From a virus (Duplodnaviria; Caudoviricetes), in the IMG/VR virus record IMGVR_UViG_3300037852_000225, positions 1-55,713 of that record: 55,713 nt of DNA; one strand, written 5' to 3'. Under the pieces are notes generated by a model. The model ran no database searches and was not told the DNA's origin. It saw nothing but the letters and a program-made list of their open reading frames with translations. This document shows positions 9,013-17,322 of the stretch, in pieces. The translations under genes and the position numbers were made by a program. Numbering within the stretch: position 1 is the stretch's first letter; every line of letters starts with the position of its first letter.

Positions 9013-9783
9013 ATGCAAATAAAAAAATTAGGATGGGTACCTGACCTACCAGACGGAAGGGATCATCACTATAAAGCAAGGAGACTTCAACCAATCCAAT
9101 CAGTAAGTTTATGGGGGAAATATAAATCTTGTCTTAGCTATGACCAGTTGAACTTAGGAGCTTGCACTGGTAACGCTGTTTCATATTTGGTTCAATTTGA
9201 TCTTCTGAATAATTATGTTCAACAATTTGGTCCTGTTTTCCGCCCTTCAAGATTGTTTAATTACTGGTGTGCAAGATTTATTGAAGGGACGACAGCGCAA
9301 GATGCAGGCGCTTCACTAAGAGACAATATCAAAGCATTATACACCTATGGCATACCATCAGAGGATATATGGCCTTACGATGTTACAAAATATGCAGACC
9401 AACCAAGTCAGGAAGCACTTGACCAGGCTTTAAACTTCAGGGCAGTAAATTTTGAAAGTCTTGATAATACAAATAAACAATTACTTGTTAACTGCTTACT
9501 TGAAGGATTCCCTATTGCTTTTGGATTTACGGTATATGATAGTTTTATGAGCGATCAGGTTGCGGCTACAGGAATTGTTCCGATGCCAAATTTGTCAACA
9601 GAATCCGTGCAAGGTGGTCATGCAAATGTAATAGAGGGATATAGTCTTCCGAAAGATTCTTTCCTTTGCAGAAATAGTTGGGGGAGACAATGGGGTTTTG
9701 AAGGGAGCTATCTTATGCCTGCGGCATATTTAACTAACTCAAATCTGGCAGCCGACTTCTGGAAATTAAGTTTAATATTATAA
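9013..9783 (+). CDS. Papain-family (C1A) cysteine protease
   Basis: DQLNLGACTGNA (Gln, catalytic Cys), GGHA (His), RNSWG (Asn), PSRLFNY. Confidence 0.92.
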   Translation: MQIKKLGWVPDLPDGRDHHYKARRLQPIQSVSLWGKYKSCLSYDQLNLGACTGNAVSYLVQFDLLNNYVQQFGPVFRPSRLFNYWCARFIEGTTAQDAGASLRDNIKALYTYGIPSEDIWPYDVTKYADQPSQEALDQALNFRAVNFESLDNTNKQLLVNCLLEGFPIAFGFTVYDSFMSDQVAATGIVPMPNLSTESVQGGHANVIEGYSLPKDSFLCRNSWGRQWGFEGSYLMPAAYLTNSNLAADFWKLSLIL

Positions 9784-9785
9784 AT

Positions 9786-10322
9786 ATGTCAACAATAGAA
9801 ATACCACTTACAAAGGGAAAGTTTGCTATTATTGATTTTGAAGATTTAGAGTTTGTTATGAGATATAAATGGCATCTTGGTAGTAGGATCCGATCACAAT
9901 ATGCAATAAAAGTTTTAGGTAAAGGAGACGGAAAGAAGTATTTAAGAATGCACAATTATATTATGAATTGTCCTAACGGCAAGGTTGTAGATCATATAGA
10001 TGGGGATGGTCTTAACAACAAGAAGGCTAACCTAAGAATCTGCGATGATGGACAAAATAAATGCAACAGAAAGAAAAGTAGCACAACTAAAAATAGGTTC
10101 AAGGGGGCTATTTTTAGGGAGCGTAATAACCGCTGGATATGCCAAATAACCCATAAGAAGAAAAGGTACTACGTAGGTGAATTTAAAACAGAAATAGAAG
10201 CTGCTCAAGCCTATAATAAAAAAGCGAAAGAATTATTTGGAGATTTTTCTAATTTAAATGATTTTGGCTGGTCAGACGGTTTTGGGTTTTCATACGGTAA
10301 ACCTCAAGCCCAAGCGATCTAA
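9786..10322 (+). CDS. HNH endonuclease with C-terminal AP2 domain
   Basis: IPLTKGKFAIID, VDHIDGDGLNNKKANLR, YVGEFKTEIEAAQAYNKKAKELFGDF. Confidence 0.92.
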   Translation: MSTIEIPLTKGKFAIIDFEDLEFVMRYKWHLGSRIRSQYAIKVLGKGDGKKYLRMHNYIMNCPNGKVVDHIDGDGLNNKKANLRICDDGQNKCNRKKSSTTKNRFKGAIFRERNNRWICQITHKKKRYYVGEFKTEIEAAQAYNKKAKELFGDFSNLNDFGWSDGFGFSYGKPQAQAI

Positions 10323-10879
10323 ATCTGATTGGTCGTTAACCCGCCATAAATATCCTCTTTCCTTAGTGATGTATTGTAGTCGCACTCCCTGTGATTGTTA
10401 GCTGAATATCCAGCCCGCTGCACCGCTGCCATCGGGTAGCAGCAGAAAAATCTCCCTCCGGTTTGTGCGGTATCGATATGAGTATTGTCAGCAGCAGAAA
10501 GAAACGAGTCATACCAGGAAGATCGGATTGTATACAGGTGCAAAGCTACAAATTCTTTCAGTGGGTTAATGATAGGCATCGGAACTCCGTAACAACCACC
10601 CAGATATATATCGAACTCTTGCGGCTTGTTGGATAAGTACCAGTTCCACCCATCTTTGGCCGGAAAGAAAAGATCATCTTCTCCTATACAAATTTCATCC
10701 ATCTGTTCTTCCTTCGCCCATTTAACGAGCATTTTGTGACTTGCATTTATCGACTCTTCGACTGTTTTTCTATCAATGATCCCAGTATGAACAGTAAACG
10801 GAACGCCACGCTCATTAAGATGCGACGAAAGAAGTTCAAGTTTTTCTGTTTGCCTGGGGTCATGGATAACGTGTATCAT
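10319..10879 (-). CDS. Glycosyltransferase, GT25-like
   Basis: SHKMLVKWA...ICIGEDD...FDIYLGG...LHLYTI...HID pattern. Confidence 0.7.
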   Translation of the reverse strand: MIHVIHDPRQTEKLELLSSHLNERGVPFTVHTGIIDRKTVEESINASHKMLVKWAKEEQMDEICIGEDDLFFPAKDGWNWYLSNKPQEFDIYLGGCYGVPMPIINPLKEFVALHLYTIRSSWYDSFLSAADNTHIDTAQTGGRFFCCYPMAAVQRAGYSANNHRECDYNTSLRKEDIYGGLTTNQI

Positions 10880-11226
10880 TAGTATTGATAATTCTTATGC
10901 TCATCGACTATAATAAATAATGTATCCCGGTACGACCATACGGTTGTGGTTATTGGCGAGTCTTTGACTTTTGAACCCAAGCGTGCGATGGAATCTATAT
11001 GAATCATTGGCACATAGTATCTCGGTGCCCATGACTTATACGGGGAGTTTGTATCGTAGTCCAGCCTTATCACAATAGTGCCGGTATCTTTGCCAGAATT
11101 AGGATTCACCCACCAGCGGGCGTAAGTGTGAACAGCTCTGTGTGGCTTGGTTGGCGAAGGCCACAGAAAATATATTGCTGATATAATTACAAGAGTGCCG
11201 ATTACGCCGAGTGCTGCATTTTTCAT
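10879..11226 (-). CDS. Hypothetical membrane-anchored protein
   Basis: N-terminal hydrophobic helix; start and stop coupled to neighbours. Confidence 0.65.
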   Translation of the reverse strand: MKNAALGVIGTLVIISAIYFLWPSPTKPHRAVHTYARWWVNPNSGKDTGTIVIRLDYDTNSPYKSWAPRYYVPMIHIDSIARLGSKVKDSPITTTVWSYRDTLFIIVDEHKNYQY

Positions 11227-11384
11227 TTTTCAAAAATTTTAGAGATTAAAAATCCGGTTATAAAAATTGGCCAGAACATTCCAAATATAAAAGCCCATCC
11301 TTTTCTCATCCCGCCAGGCTCTATCGCTGCATAAGTGCAGAAAACACTGATAATAAGATATTCTATGATGGCGATGGCGGTCAT
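11223..11384 (-). CDS. Small two-helix membrane protein (53 aa, absent from ORF track)
   Basis: MTAIAIIEYLIISVFCTYAAIEPGGMRKGWAFIFGMFWPIFITGFLISKIFEK; TAATG and ATGA overlaps with neighbours. Confidence 0.65.
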   Translation of the reverse strand: MTAIAIIEYLIISVFCTYAAIEPGGMRKGWAFIFGMFWPIFITGFLISKIFEK

Positions 11385-11986
11385 TAAGATGGTTTGTATT
11401 TCCAGACGAATTGTTTTGGTTTTTTAGTCTGACCATAAAGACAAAGTTTAATTGCATTCTCAGACATTACAGAAGTAGCATCTGTAATACTTTCCCACTC
11501 TCGAATAAATTTTCCATTTAAATCGTATTGCAAAATAATTTTCTTTTTTCCAGTCATCAATAATATAGACTCTTGTGATTTAATAAGTAATCCTTTTTTA
11601 GAAGCATGATTCATATTATATTCTTGATTACACCATTCTAAATTAGTAACATTATTATTTAACTTATTCCCATCAATATGGTTTACTTGTTTTAGATTTA
11701 AATTATTTTCAATAAATGCTTCAGCTACCATTCTATGAATTTTTCTAACCCATGGTTTTTTATTTATTACTATAGCTGCCTGAACATATCCAGTTTTATG
11801 AATATGCTGTGATATTATTTTAGGCTCAAGCGATCTCCATCCGTGCCCCACACCTCCATAGTAATATTTATATTTTCTTTTTAACCTACTGAAATTGCTT
11901 ATTAAGTACATACTTTCAAGGCCAACAACATCTCTCCAAATTTCACCATCAATATCCACTATTGATAAATTTTTCCAGTGTTCCAT
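11384..11986 (-). CDS. NUMOD4-HNH-NUMOD1 homing endonuclease
   Basis: EIWRDVVGLESMYLISN, IHRMVAEAFI...QVNHIDGNKLNNNVTNLEW, ILQYDLNGKFIREWESITDA. Confidence 0.93.
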   Translation of the reverse strand: MEHWKNLSIVDIDGEIWRDVVGLESMYLISNFSRLKRKYKYYYGGVGHGWRSLEPKIISQHIHKTGYVQAAIVINKKPWVRKIHRMVAEAFIENNLNLKQVNHIDGNKLNNNVTNLEWCNQEYNMNHASKKGLLIKSQESILLMTGKKKIILQYDLNGKFIREWESITDATSVMSENAIKLCLYGQTKKPKQFVWKYKPS

Positions 11987-11999
11987 AAAAAAATTAAAC

Positions 12000-12108
12000 C
12001 TCCGGACACAAAAGGTTGACCATCACTACCAAGAAGGTAAGATGCAGTTGTGCCGGAGATTATATCGTTAATGAATTGCATGATAGTGTGGTCAACAGTA
12101 CTAAGATA
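12000..12108 (-). promoter_or_regulatory. Structured leader with interleaved inverted repeats upstream of the HNH gene
   Basis: 12000-12011 pairs with 12048-12058 and 12015-12030 pairs with 12082-12096; TATCTTAG promoter-like box at 12101-12108. Confidence 0.5.
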
Positions 12109-12114
12109 CGAAAG

Positions 12115-12681
12115 CTATTCTAAATAAAAAAGTGCTGTTTTCCATTTATTTATACCGTCATTATCAGTGTGATCTTTTTGTTCAAATACCAATGATTTAA
12201 ACGGCTTTAATATTTCTTCTGCCTCTGGACACATAAATACATAGCTTTGCTGCCAGTTATCAACTATTAAAAAAATTGGCCTGCCCAATGACATAGCTTT
12301 TTTTATACACTCCAATCTTAACACGCCATCGACGCATACTATATCCGGAGAACAATCTTGTGGCAATTCAGTATAATATTCAATTTTGCTTTGGTCTCCT
12401 TCATTACATGGTCTATAAATTAATTCAAGATTCTTCATATTGTACGAATCGGCATATTCCTGGATATCTTTAATCCATTTTTCATTTGTTTCAATAGTGA
12501 AAACCCGTCTTGCTCTTGATGCAAGCCAGATACTGCTCCATCCGCCCCCCCATTCTAATGCAACTTTGTCAGATAAGTCCCATTTTTCAATGCACGTTAA
12601 AAAATCATGCGTCCACCATGGGTAAACATGCCCATTTGGTGATTTTAATTGCCATTGAACTAAATTATTTATATCAAGCAT
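12115..12681 (-). CDS. Class I SAM-dependent methyltransferase (putative sugar O-methyltransferase)
   Basis: PWWT...ALEWGGGWSSIWL...TIETNEKW...DIVCVDGVLR...IVDN. Confidence 0.8.
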   Translation of the reverse strand: MLDINNLVQWQLKSPNGHVYPWWTHDFLTCIEKWDLSDKVALEWGGGWSSIWLASRARRVFTIETNEKWIKDIQEYADSYNMKNLELIYRPCNEGDQSKIEYYTELPQDCSPDIVCVDGVLRLECIKKAMSLGRPIFLIVDNWQQSYVFMCPEAEEILKPFKSLVFEQKDHTDNDGINKWKTALFYLE

Positions 12682-12682
12682 T

Positions 12683-13255
12683 TCATTGTTTATTTATTAG
12701 CCAACAGGAATCCATAAATTCAAGTTTCAGTCCTTTATGTTCAGCAAATTCATCAACTGCCTGCTTCACCCCTGCATGCGGCTGGAAGTAATCGTGGCCG
12801 GCGAAGATGCCGCCTTGAGTTACCTTCGGCCACCAAGCAGCCAAATCGGATTTCACAGACTCGTAATCATGAGCGGCGTCGATGAAGACAAAGCAAAAAT
12901 TATGATTAATTTCTTTTGCAGCCTCGACGCTTGACATTTTTACTACTTTAATGTGATCCCATATTCCAAGGTCCTGCATATTCATTTTAAAAGAAGTGTA
13001 CAAATTCCCTCTGCCATACTCTTTTATTACATCTTCGTGATGGCTACATTCAGGCTCAAATGTATCAACAGCGTATAGTACAGGCTTTGCAATACCAGCT
13101 CTTTTTAAAGTATCATATAGAAATGCAAATGATTTTCCCATAAATACCCCTACCTCACAGCACCATGCGCCATTGTGTTTTGTTTTCTCCACTGCCATAT
13201 CATACAGCCCTTCCCATTCGAACCAACCAACGATATCTTTATACGATGCTATCAT
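12683..13255 (-). CDS. Class I SAM-dependent methyltransferase (Methyltransf_24-like)
   Basis: EVGVFMGKS, YAVDTF, FVFIDAAHDYESVKSD, GGIFAGHDY. Confidence 0.9.
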   Translation of the reverse strand: MIASYKDIVGWFEWEGLYDMAVEKTKHNGAWCCEVGVFMGKSFAFLYDTLKRAGIAKPVLYAVDTFEPECSHHEDVIKEYGRGNLYTSFKMNMQDLGIWDHIKVVKMSSVEAAKEINHNFCFVFIDAAHDYESVKSDLAAWWPKVTQGGIFAGHDYFQPHAGVKQAVDEFAEHKGLKLEFMDSCWLINKQ

Positions 13256-14048
13256 ACTGTTGACGGTAATTTACCAGCCATGAAAAATCTTCCTGTGGAT
13301 AGAAATATCTCAATACTCTCATTATTTTTGAGAAGTTTTCAGGTTCGTAACCTGGCCTCCAAAGATGACAATCGATGGTGTCAGGCTTCAGCATTGTCTC
13401 CCACATGCCATCGTCACGGTCCAAGCGACGAGAAGCAAACTGTGTATTTGGATATGCCCTAGGATGCGGAATGTAATAATGAGTCCCCATAATGGCATTA
13501 TGCAAAAGTTCCTGATCCCGGGCCCAAAAATCCGATCTCATGTGTTCGGAGTCCAACGGTCCCAAATCCTCATCCAACATTTCCTGAAATGATTTATTCC
13601 CACAATTAAACACTTCTTTCCACTTTGCCGCACTCATCGAGCAAAAACAGATTGGAAATTGCCCTTGCGGTACAAGATCATTTCCCCAAATATGAATATT
13701 GTGGTCAACTTCAGTCAAGTCCTTAGAAAATATCGCCATATCCGCGTCTGACGTAATTAAGATTTCATCACCATCAATAAAATCAAGGCATCCTCCAAAT
13801 AATCGAACGCATTGTGAATAAGTCGGCTCTTTGTGCTTTGGGCAATTAAAAAATAAAATGTAAGAACGAGCTACACCTTTTATTTTCAATTCAGTTAATG
13901 TTTCGAGTACCAATTTTGATTTGTCTGTCAGTGGTCCCATTGGCATGAATATAATAGTGTCCACTCCAAGTTTTGCCCAACAATATGCTGTTATTGGCAG
14001 GGAAAATAGATATTTGTCATCTGTAGTGCTTGAAATTATTGCTATCAT
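13239..14048 (-). CDS. Putative glycosyltransferase (GT-A, DxD)
   Basis: SQCVRLF, ITSDADM, WARDQELL, RLDR, DCHLWRP; cluster context. Confidence 0.6.
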   Translation of the reverse strand: MIAIISSTTDDKYLFSLPITAYCWAKLGVDTIIFMPMGPLTDKSKLVLETLTELKIKGVARSYILFFNCPKHKEPTYSQCVRLFGGCLDFIDGDEILITSDADMAIFSKDLTEVDHNIHIWGNDLVPQGQFPICFCSMSAAKWKEVFNCGNKSFQEMLDEDLGPLDSEHMRSDFWARDQELLHNAIMGTHYYIPHPRAYPNTQFASRRLDRDDGMWETMLKPDTIDCHLWRPGYEPENFSKIMRVLRYFYPQEDFSWLVNYRQQYDSIV

Positions 14049-14725
14049 AAGCCACCTATAAAGAAGTATACCCTCTCCGGGTCATAATTTGTACTATAAT
14101 AACTAACAAAATCGACATATTCGAATTTTATTCCGAGCCTGTGTATTGCAAGGCTAAAAATTGATTGATCCTGGCGCCCATGAAGAAATCTTGGATCGGA
14201 ACTATCCTTAAGATCATGTGACCTGTTTGTTTTAAACAGTCCCAGCTCATATCCTTCCTGCCAAAGTTTCCACACATTATCAGCATCTTTATTATGCTGC
14301 CTAAGTCCAACCATTCCAGTTGCAATTTCAGGAAGTTGTTCGGCATCATCCCTTGTAATACCAGCCCATTCGAGCGCTGCATCGCTGCAAGTCTGGGCAC
14401 AGTTGTATCCTGTTCTGAAAGCGAATATCCCTTCATGATTTATGATATCAAATATTGGCATTGGATTTTTCACGCACCAAAAGGATGAGTCCAGCCACAT
14501 CACAACGTCATGTTCTTTGAAAGCCTCACGAAATGCTGCAATCTTGAATCCGTATGGGTTGTGGTTATGATCTTCGGAATTTGGCGGGTACTCATCCTTC
14601 CACAACATTAATTCACCAGGGTAGCCATGGTACATTAGTGAACGCTCAAGGCGCTCGGTGCCTCTTTTGTACCAGTTGCCAATGCCGGCATTAATGATGA
14701 CCGGAAGTTTACCGTTCAGCTCCAT
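14045..14725 (-). CDS. Putative glycosyltransferase (nucleotide-diphospho-sugar transferase fold)
   Basis: PYGFKIAAF...VMWLDSS...HGRQDQSIFS. Confidence 0.65.
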   Translation of the reverse strand: MELNGKLPVIINAGIGNWYKRGTERLERSLMYHGYPGELMLWKDEYPPNSEDHNHNPYGFKIAAFREAFKEHDVVMWLDSSFWCVKNPMPIFDIINHEGIFAFRTGYNCAQTCSDAALEWAGITRDDAEQLPEIATGMVGLRQHNKDADNVWKLWQEGYELGLFKTNRSHDLKDSSDPRFLHGRQDQSIFSLAIHRLGIKFEYVDFVSYYSTNYDPERVYFFIGGL

Positions 14726-14946
14726 ACCCTTTCGGATTTATATTTTCCTTTAATATTTTTTGCAAAGTAAGTACCTGTGCTGGCTGCATCTTTGAAACTT
14801 TCGAATACATCCGCTTGAACGGAATAAAAATCCCATACCTGACCATTCAGGAACCATACTCTCAATGTCTCTGTTGAAGTATTGTAGCCTATTGCATCTA
14901 TATTTGAAGATGCCACTTCTATTTTATCTAATCCCGTATCTTTCAT
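14716..14946 (-). CDS. KTSC domain protein
   Basis: VASSNIDAIGYN...LRVWFLNGQVWDFYSV...FKDAASTGTYFAKNIKGKY; start placed at MKDTG. Confidence 0.88.
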   Translation of the reverse strand: MKDTGLDKIEVASSNIDAIGYNTSTETLRVWFLNGQVWDFYSVQADVFESFKDAASTGTYFAKNIKGKYKSERVWS

Positions 14947-15574
14947 TGAATGGAGTTGAAACGTGCTGGTAAAAATATATTTCTTCGTCAATATGAACTT
15001 CCTTTAACAGCATTGGTTTGATTAATCGTGCGAACTCATGGTCCTCCCCGAAGCGGCTATCAGACACTCCTATATGAACACAATAGTCTGTTCGAATAAC
15101 ATCTTTGAAAAATGGAGTACGGTGAAAGTTGAATCCATCCTCGAATATGCCATTACCTTCTCCTTCCCAGTCAGGATATTTTATGGAGTGATTTGATTTA
15201 TATTTCCTTCCATCGATAGTTACTTTTTCCATAAAGGTTACGCAATCGGGGTTTGTCTTAAGAGCCAGCATGACCAGTTGCAACCCATTTTCAGAAATCC
15301 AATCATCGGAATCCACCTGCCATGAATACTGCCCGGTACTCATTTTATACATCCGGTCACGCTTCTCTCCTATTGAAATTTCCTTATTATCCCGGTAATA
15401 CATAACCTCAATATCTTCTATTCTAAAGCCACCGCAATCTTCCACATCATGTATAAACCCAATTTCAGGAGATTCTGGATACATGAGTTGCGCCTGACGC
15501 AAAAATTCCAACATCAACCGTTCATCCTGCGGTTTTCTGTCATAAGTAGTTGGTATTTGTATTGACAACATCAT
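14924..15574 (-). CDS. Glycosyltransferase family 2-like
   Basis: LSIQIPT, SIGEKRD, WQVDSDDWIS, GEDHEFA, IYFY. Confidence 0.8.
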   Translation of the reverse strand: MMLSIQIPTTYDRKPQDERLMLEFLRQAQLMYPESPEIGFIHDVEDCGGFRIEDIEVMYYRDNKEISIGEKRDRMYKMSTGQYSWQVDSDDWISENGLQLVMLALKTNPDCVTFMEKVTIDGRKYKSNHSIKYPDWEGEGNGIFEDGFNFHRTPFFKDVIRTDYCVHIGVSDSRFGEDHEFARLIKPMLLKEVHIDEEIYFYQHVSTPFNERYGIR

Positions 15575-15819
15575 AATTTATTCGCCATTAACTCAATCAA
15601 TACTGTTTCGAAATGAAGTTCTTTTGATCTTTCATAGGTATTTGTCCCTACCATCTTCGGAGTTACGCACTCATATAGTAATTTTTCAGAATCACGGTAT
15701 TTTATTACCGTCTTGAAACATTCTCCATTTTGAATGGAAAATGAATGCCAGGATGTCTCGACGATAAAACGGTCACCGATTTTATGCGCCAGTTTTACGA
15801 TTAATTCGTCAGGGATCAT
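15571..15819 (-). CDS. Hypothetical protein
   Basis: 82-aa ORF with 4-nt overlaps in the operon. Confidence 0.6.
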   Translation of the reverse strand: MIPDELIVKLAHKIGDRFIVETSWHSFSIQNGECFKTVIKYRDSEKLLYECVTPKMVGTNTYERSKELHFETVLIELMANKL

Positions 15820-15932
15820 TTTAAAAGGTTTAGTGCCAGCATCATTACCGTTATTGCAAGCATAAATGCAACTAACTTTAGTAATAGGTTCATGTTTCTT
15901 GACATTCTGATTAATTCATCAATTTTATTCAT
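15816..15932 (-). CDS. Small single-helix membrane peptide (38 aa, absent from ORF track)
   Basis: MNKIDELIRMSRNMNLLLKLVAFMLAITVMMLALNLLK; ATGA overlaps at both ends. Confidence 0.55.
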   Translation of the reverse strand: MNKIDELIRMSRNMNLLLKLVAFMLAITVMMLALNLLK

Positions 15933-16609
15933 AAGTCAAAGTTTCTTGCTTTACGTTGATTGAAGTTATCCTGATCGAAATTCCAGTCGTCTTGCTGTCT
16001 GTTGAACAAGGCGTCTTTTGGTAGATGTCCGTAAGCAGGATTCCAGTGATGCACGATTGGGATCCCTGCATAAAAATACTTTCCCTTTATTTGAGAAATA
16101 TTCATTATATCATTGTCACACCAAAGGGATTTGTACGATGGATGGTATATATATCCCATTTGTTTAATGAACGGTTTGCCTGCCACATAAAGCGTTGCCA
16201 GCATATCTTTGGCATCTTGGTCGGGCCAATGTCCAAGGGCGTCAAAGTCTGGAAAATTGCATCGGAATCCTTCCCTAATGATTTGATCCCATCCATAAGC
16301 GATAAACCGCATATCATCAGAAAAGCAGATAAGTATTTCAAAATCGATTGATAGTATTTCATCAAGATCCCTGTTAAAAGCATGGACCTTAGACTCTGAT
16401 TTTCCGAATATGGAACGGATGTTTCGGTAGCTGTTCAGTTGGCCAATTATATCAGGATTATTCATTGAATTGTCATCTTCATCCAAAGTACAAATGACAG
16501 CCATATAATCCGGGTTGGCGCATAGTCTATAAATTGTTTCCATTCCGTCAAAGAACCGTTTTGGCCTTTCCCGGGATACATATTTTATAAGGATGCGCGC
16601 CTCGCTCAT
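15929..16609 (-). CDS. Glycosyltransferase family 2-like
   Basis: ILIKYVSRERP, LDEDD, SKVHAFNRD, FSDDM, YHPSYKSLWCDND. Confidence 0.8.
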   Translation of the reverse strand: MSEARILIKYVSRERPKRFFDGMETIYRLCANPDYMAVICTLDEDDNSMNNPDIIGQLNSYRNIRSIFGKSESKVHAFNRDLDEILSIDFEILICFSDDMRFIAYGWDQIIREGFRCNFPDFDALGHWPDQDAKDMLATLYVAGKPFIKQMGYIYHPSYKSLWCDNDIMNISQIKGKYFYAGIPIVHHWNPAYGHLPKDALFNRQQDDWNFDQDNFNQRKARNFDL

Positions 16610-16800
16610 GTTTTAGGTTGGTATTTAGGAATGAGCTGTTTTTCAACACCCTCGTTATCATACCACAGGGCTTTTTTCATTTCTTTGGTATTGCGCTTGA
16701 AAATGATATCCATGGCAGCGTTCTCGGTTGTTATTTTCCGGAATCCCTCCCAGCTTCCGTTGGCCCACTGTATCCTAAGATTATTGCGCATTGAATACAC
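16606..16800 (-). CDS. Hypothetical protein
   Basis: Short ORF coupled to the GT2 gene; start may be MRNNLR. Confidence 0.5.
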   Translation of the reverse strand: MYSMRNNLRIQWANGSWEGFRKITTENAAMDIIFKRNTKEMKKALWYDNEGVEKQLIPKYQPKT

Positions 16801-17068
16801 GTTTTAGGATGCTGTTCGTTTGCTTGATTGTTGAAGTCAGTTCGCTATTGTCGGAAGTTGATCCTCCCTGGATGGATGTCGTTCCGTTTTCTTCCCAGAA
16901 ACCGGCCACGCCATAAACTATAAAAATCACCACTTCTGTCATCAGGCCCACTGTAAGGAAAAAATTTGCACCTGGCTTATGTAGCAATTTCATCCATGCG
17001 CCAAATATCACAATGGAGGCTCCTATTGAATACGCGAAGTTCAGCACTGTTGTTTTGTTTATTTTCAT
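16781..17068 (-). CDS. gldL: Truncated GldL/PorL homologue (two-TM motor module plus short tail)
   Basis: NFAYSIGASIVIFGAWMKLLH...LTVGLMTEVVIF aligns with the GldL N-terminus as I recall it (NFAYGMGAAVVIVGALFKITH...GLLTEALIF); only about 35 aa follow TM2. Confidence 0.85.
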   Translation of the reverse strand: MKINKTTVLNFAYSIGASIVIFGAWMKLLHKPGANFFLTVGLMTEVVIFIVYGVAGFWEENGTTSIQGGSTSDNSELTSTIKQTNSILKRVFNAQ

Positions 17069-17274
17069 ATTATTACTATTTTAAAAAATTAGGTACATCA
17101 TTTGGACTACTACCAGGGTATGCTTACACTTCTGGTACTTTTTATATTACTTGGGCAAAGAAATATACAGTTTTCGGGTATTTTCGACCACTGGTACTTG
17201 ATTTTTTGCTTTCTGGTTTGGATAGGTGCTTACCTGGCTTTGAGAAAAAACAAATATTTAAGCGATCTGTGAGG

Positions 17275-17322
17275 TCATACTATTTTCTCCGTCAATTTTT
17301 TAACTTCCTCCAGCATCCATAG
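17275..17322 (-). pseudogene. Orphan 3' end (LWMLEEVKKLTEKIV*) of the 54-aa gene at 18127-18291
   Basis: Shares a 15-bp identity and peptide similarity with LWMLEQIKKLINNLK* of that gene. Confidence 0.6.

Noticed and set aside
11239-11457. 72-aa ORF from the track
   Set aside because: A different frame (11223-11384) gives a coupled two-TM protein and fits the operon better
16966-17322. 118-aa plus-strand ORF, or a read-through extension of gldL
   Set aside because: Antisense to the operon with no motif; the frame upstream of gldL contains three TAA stops
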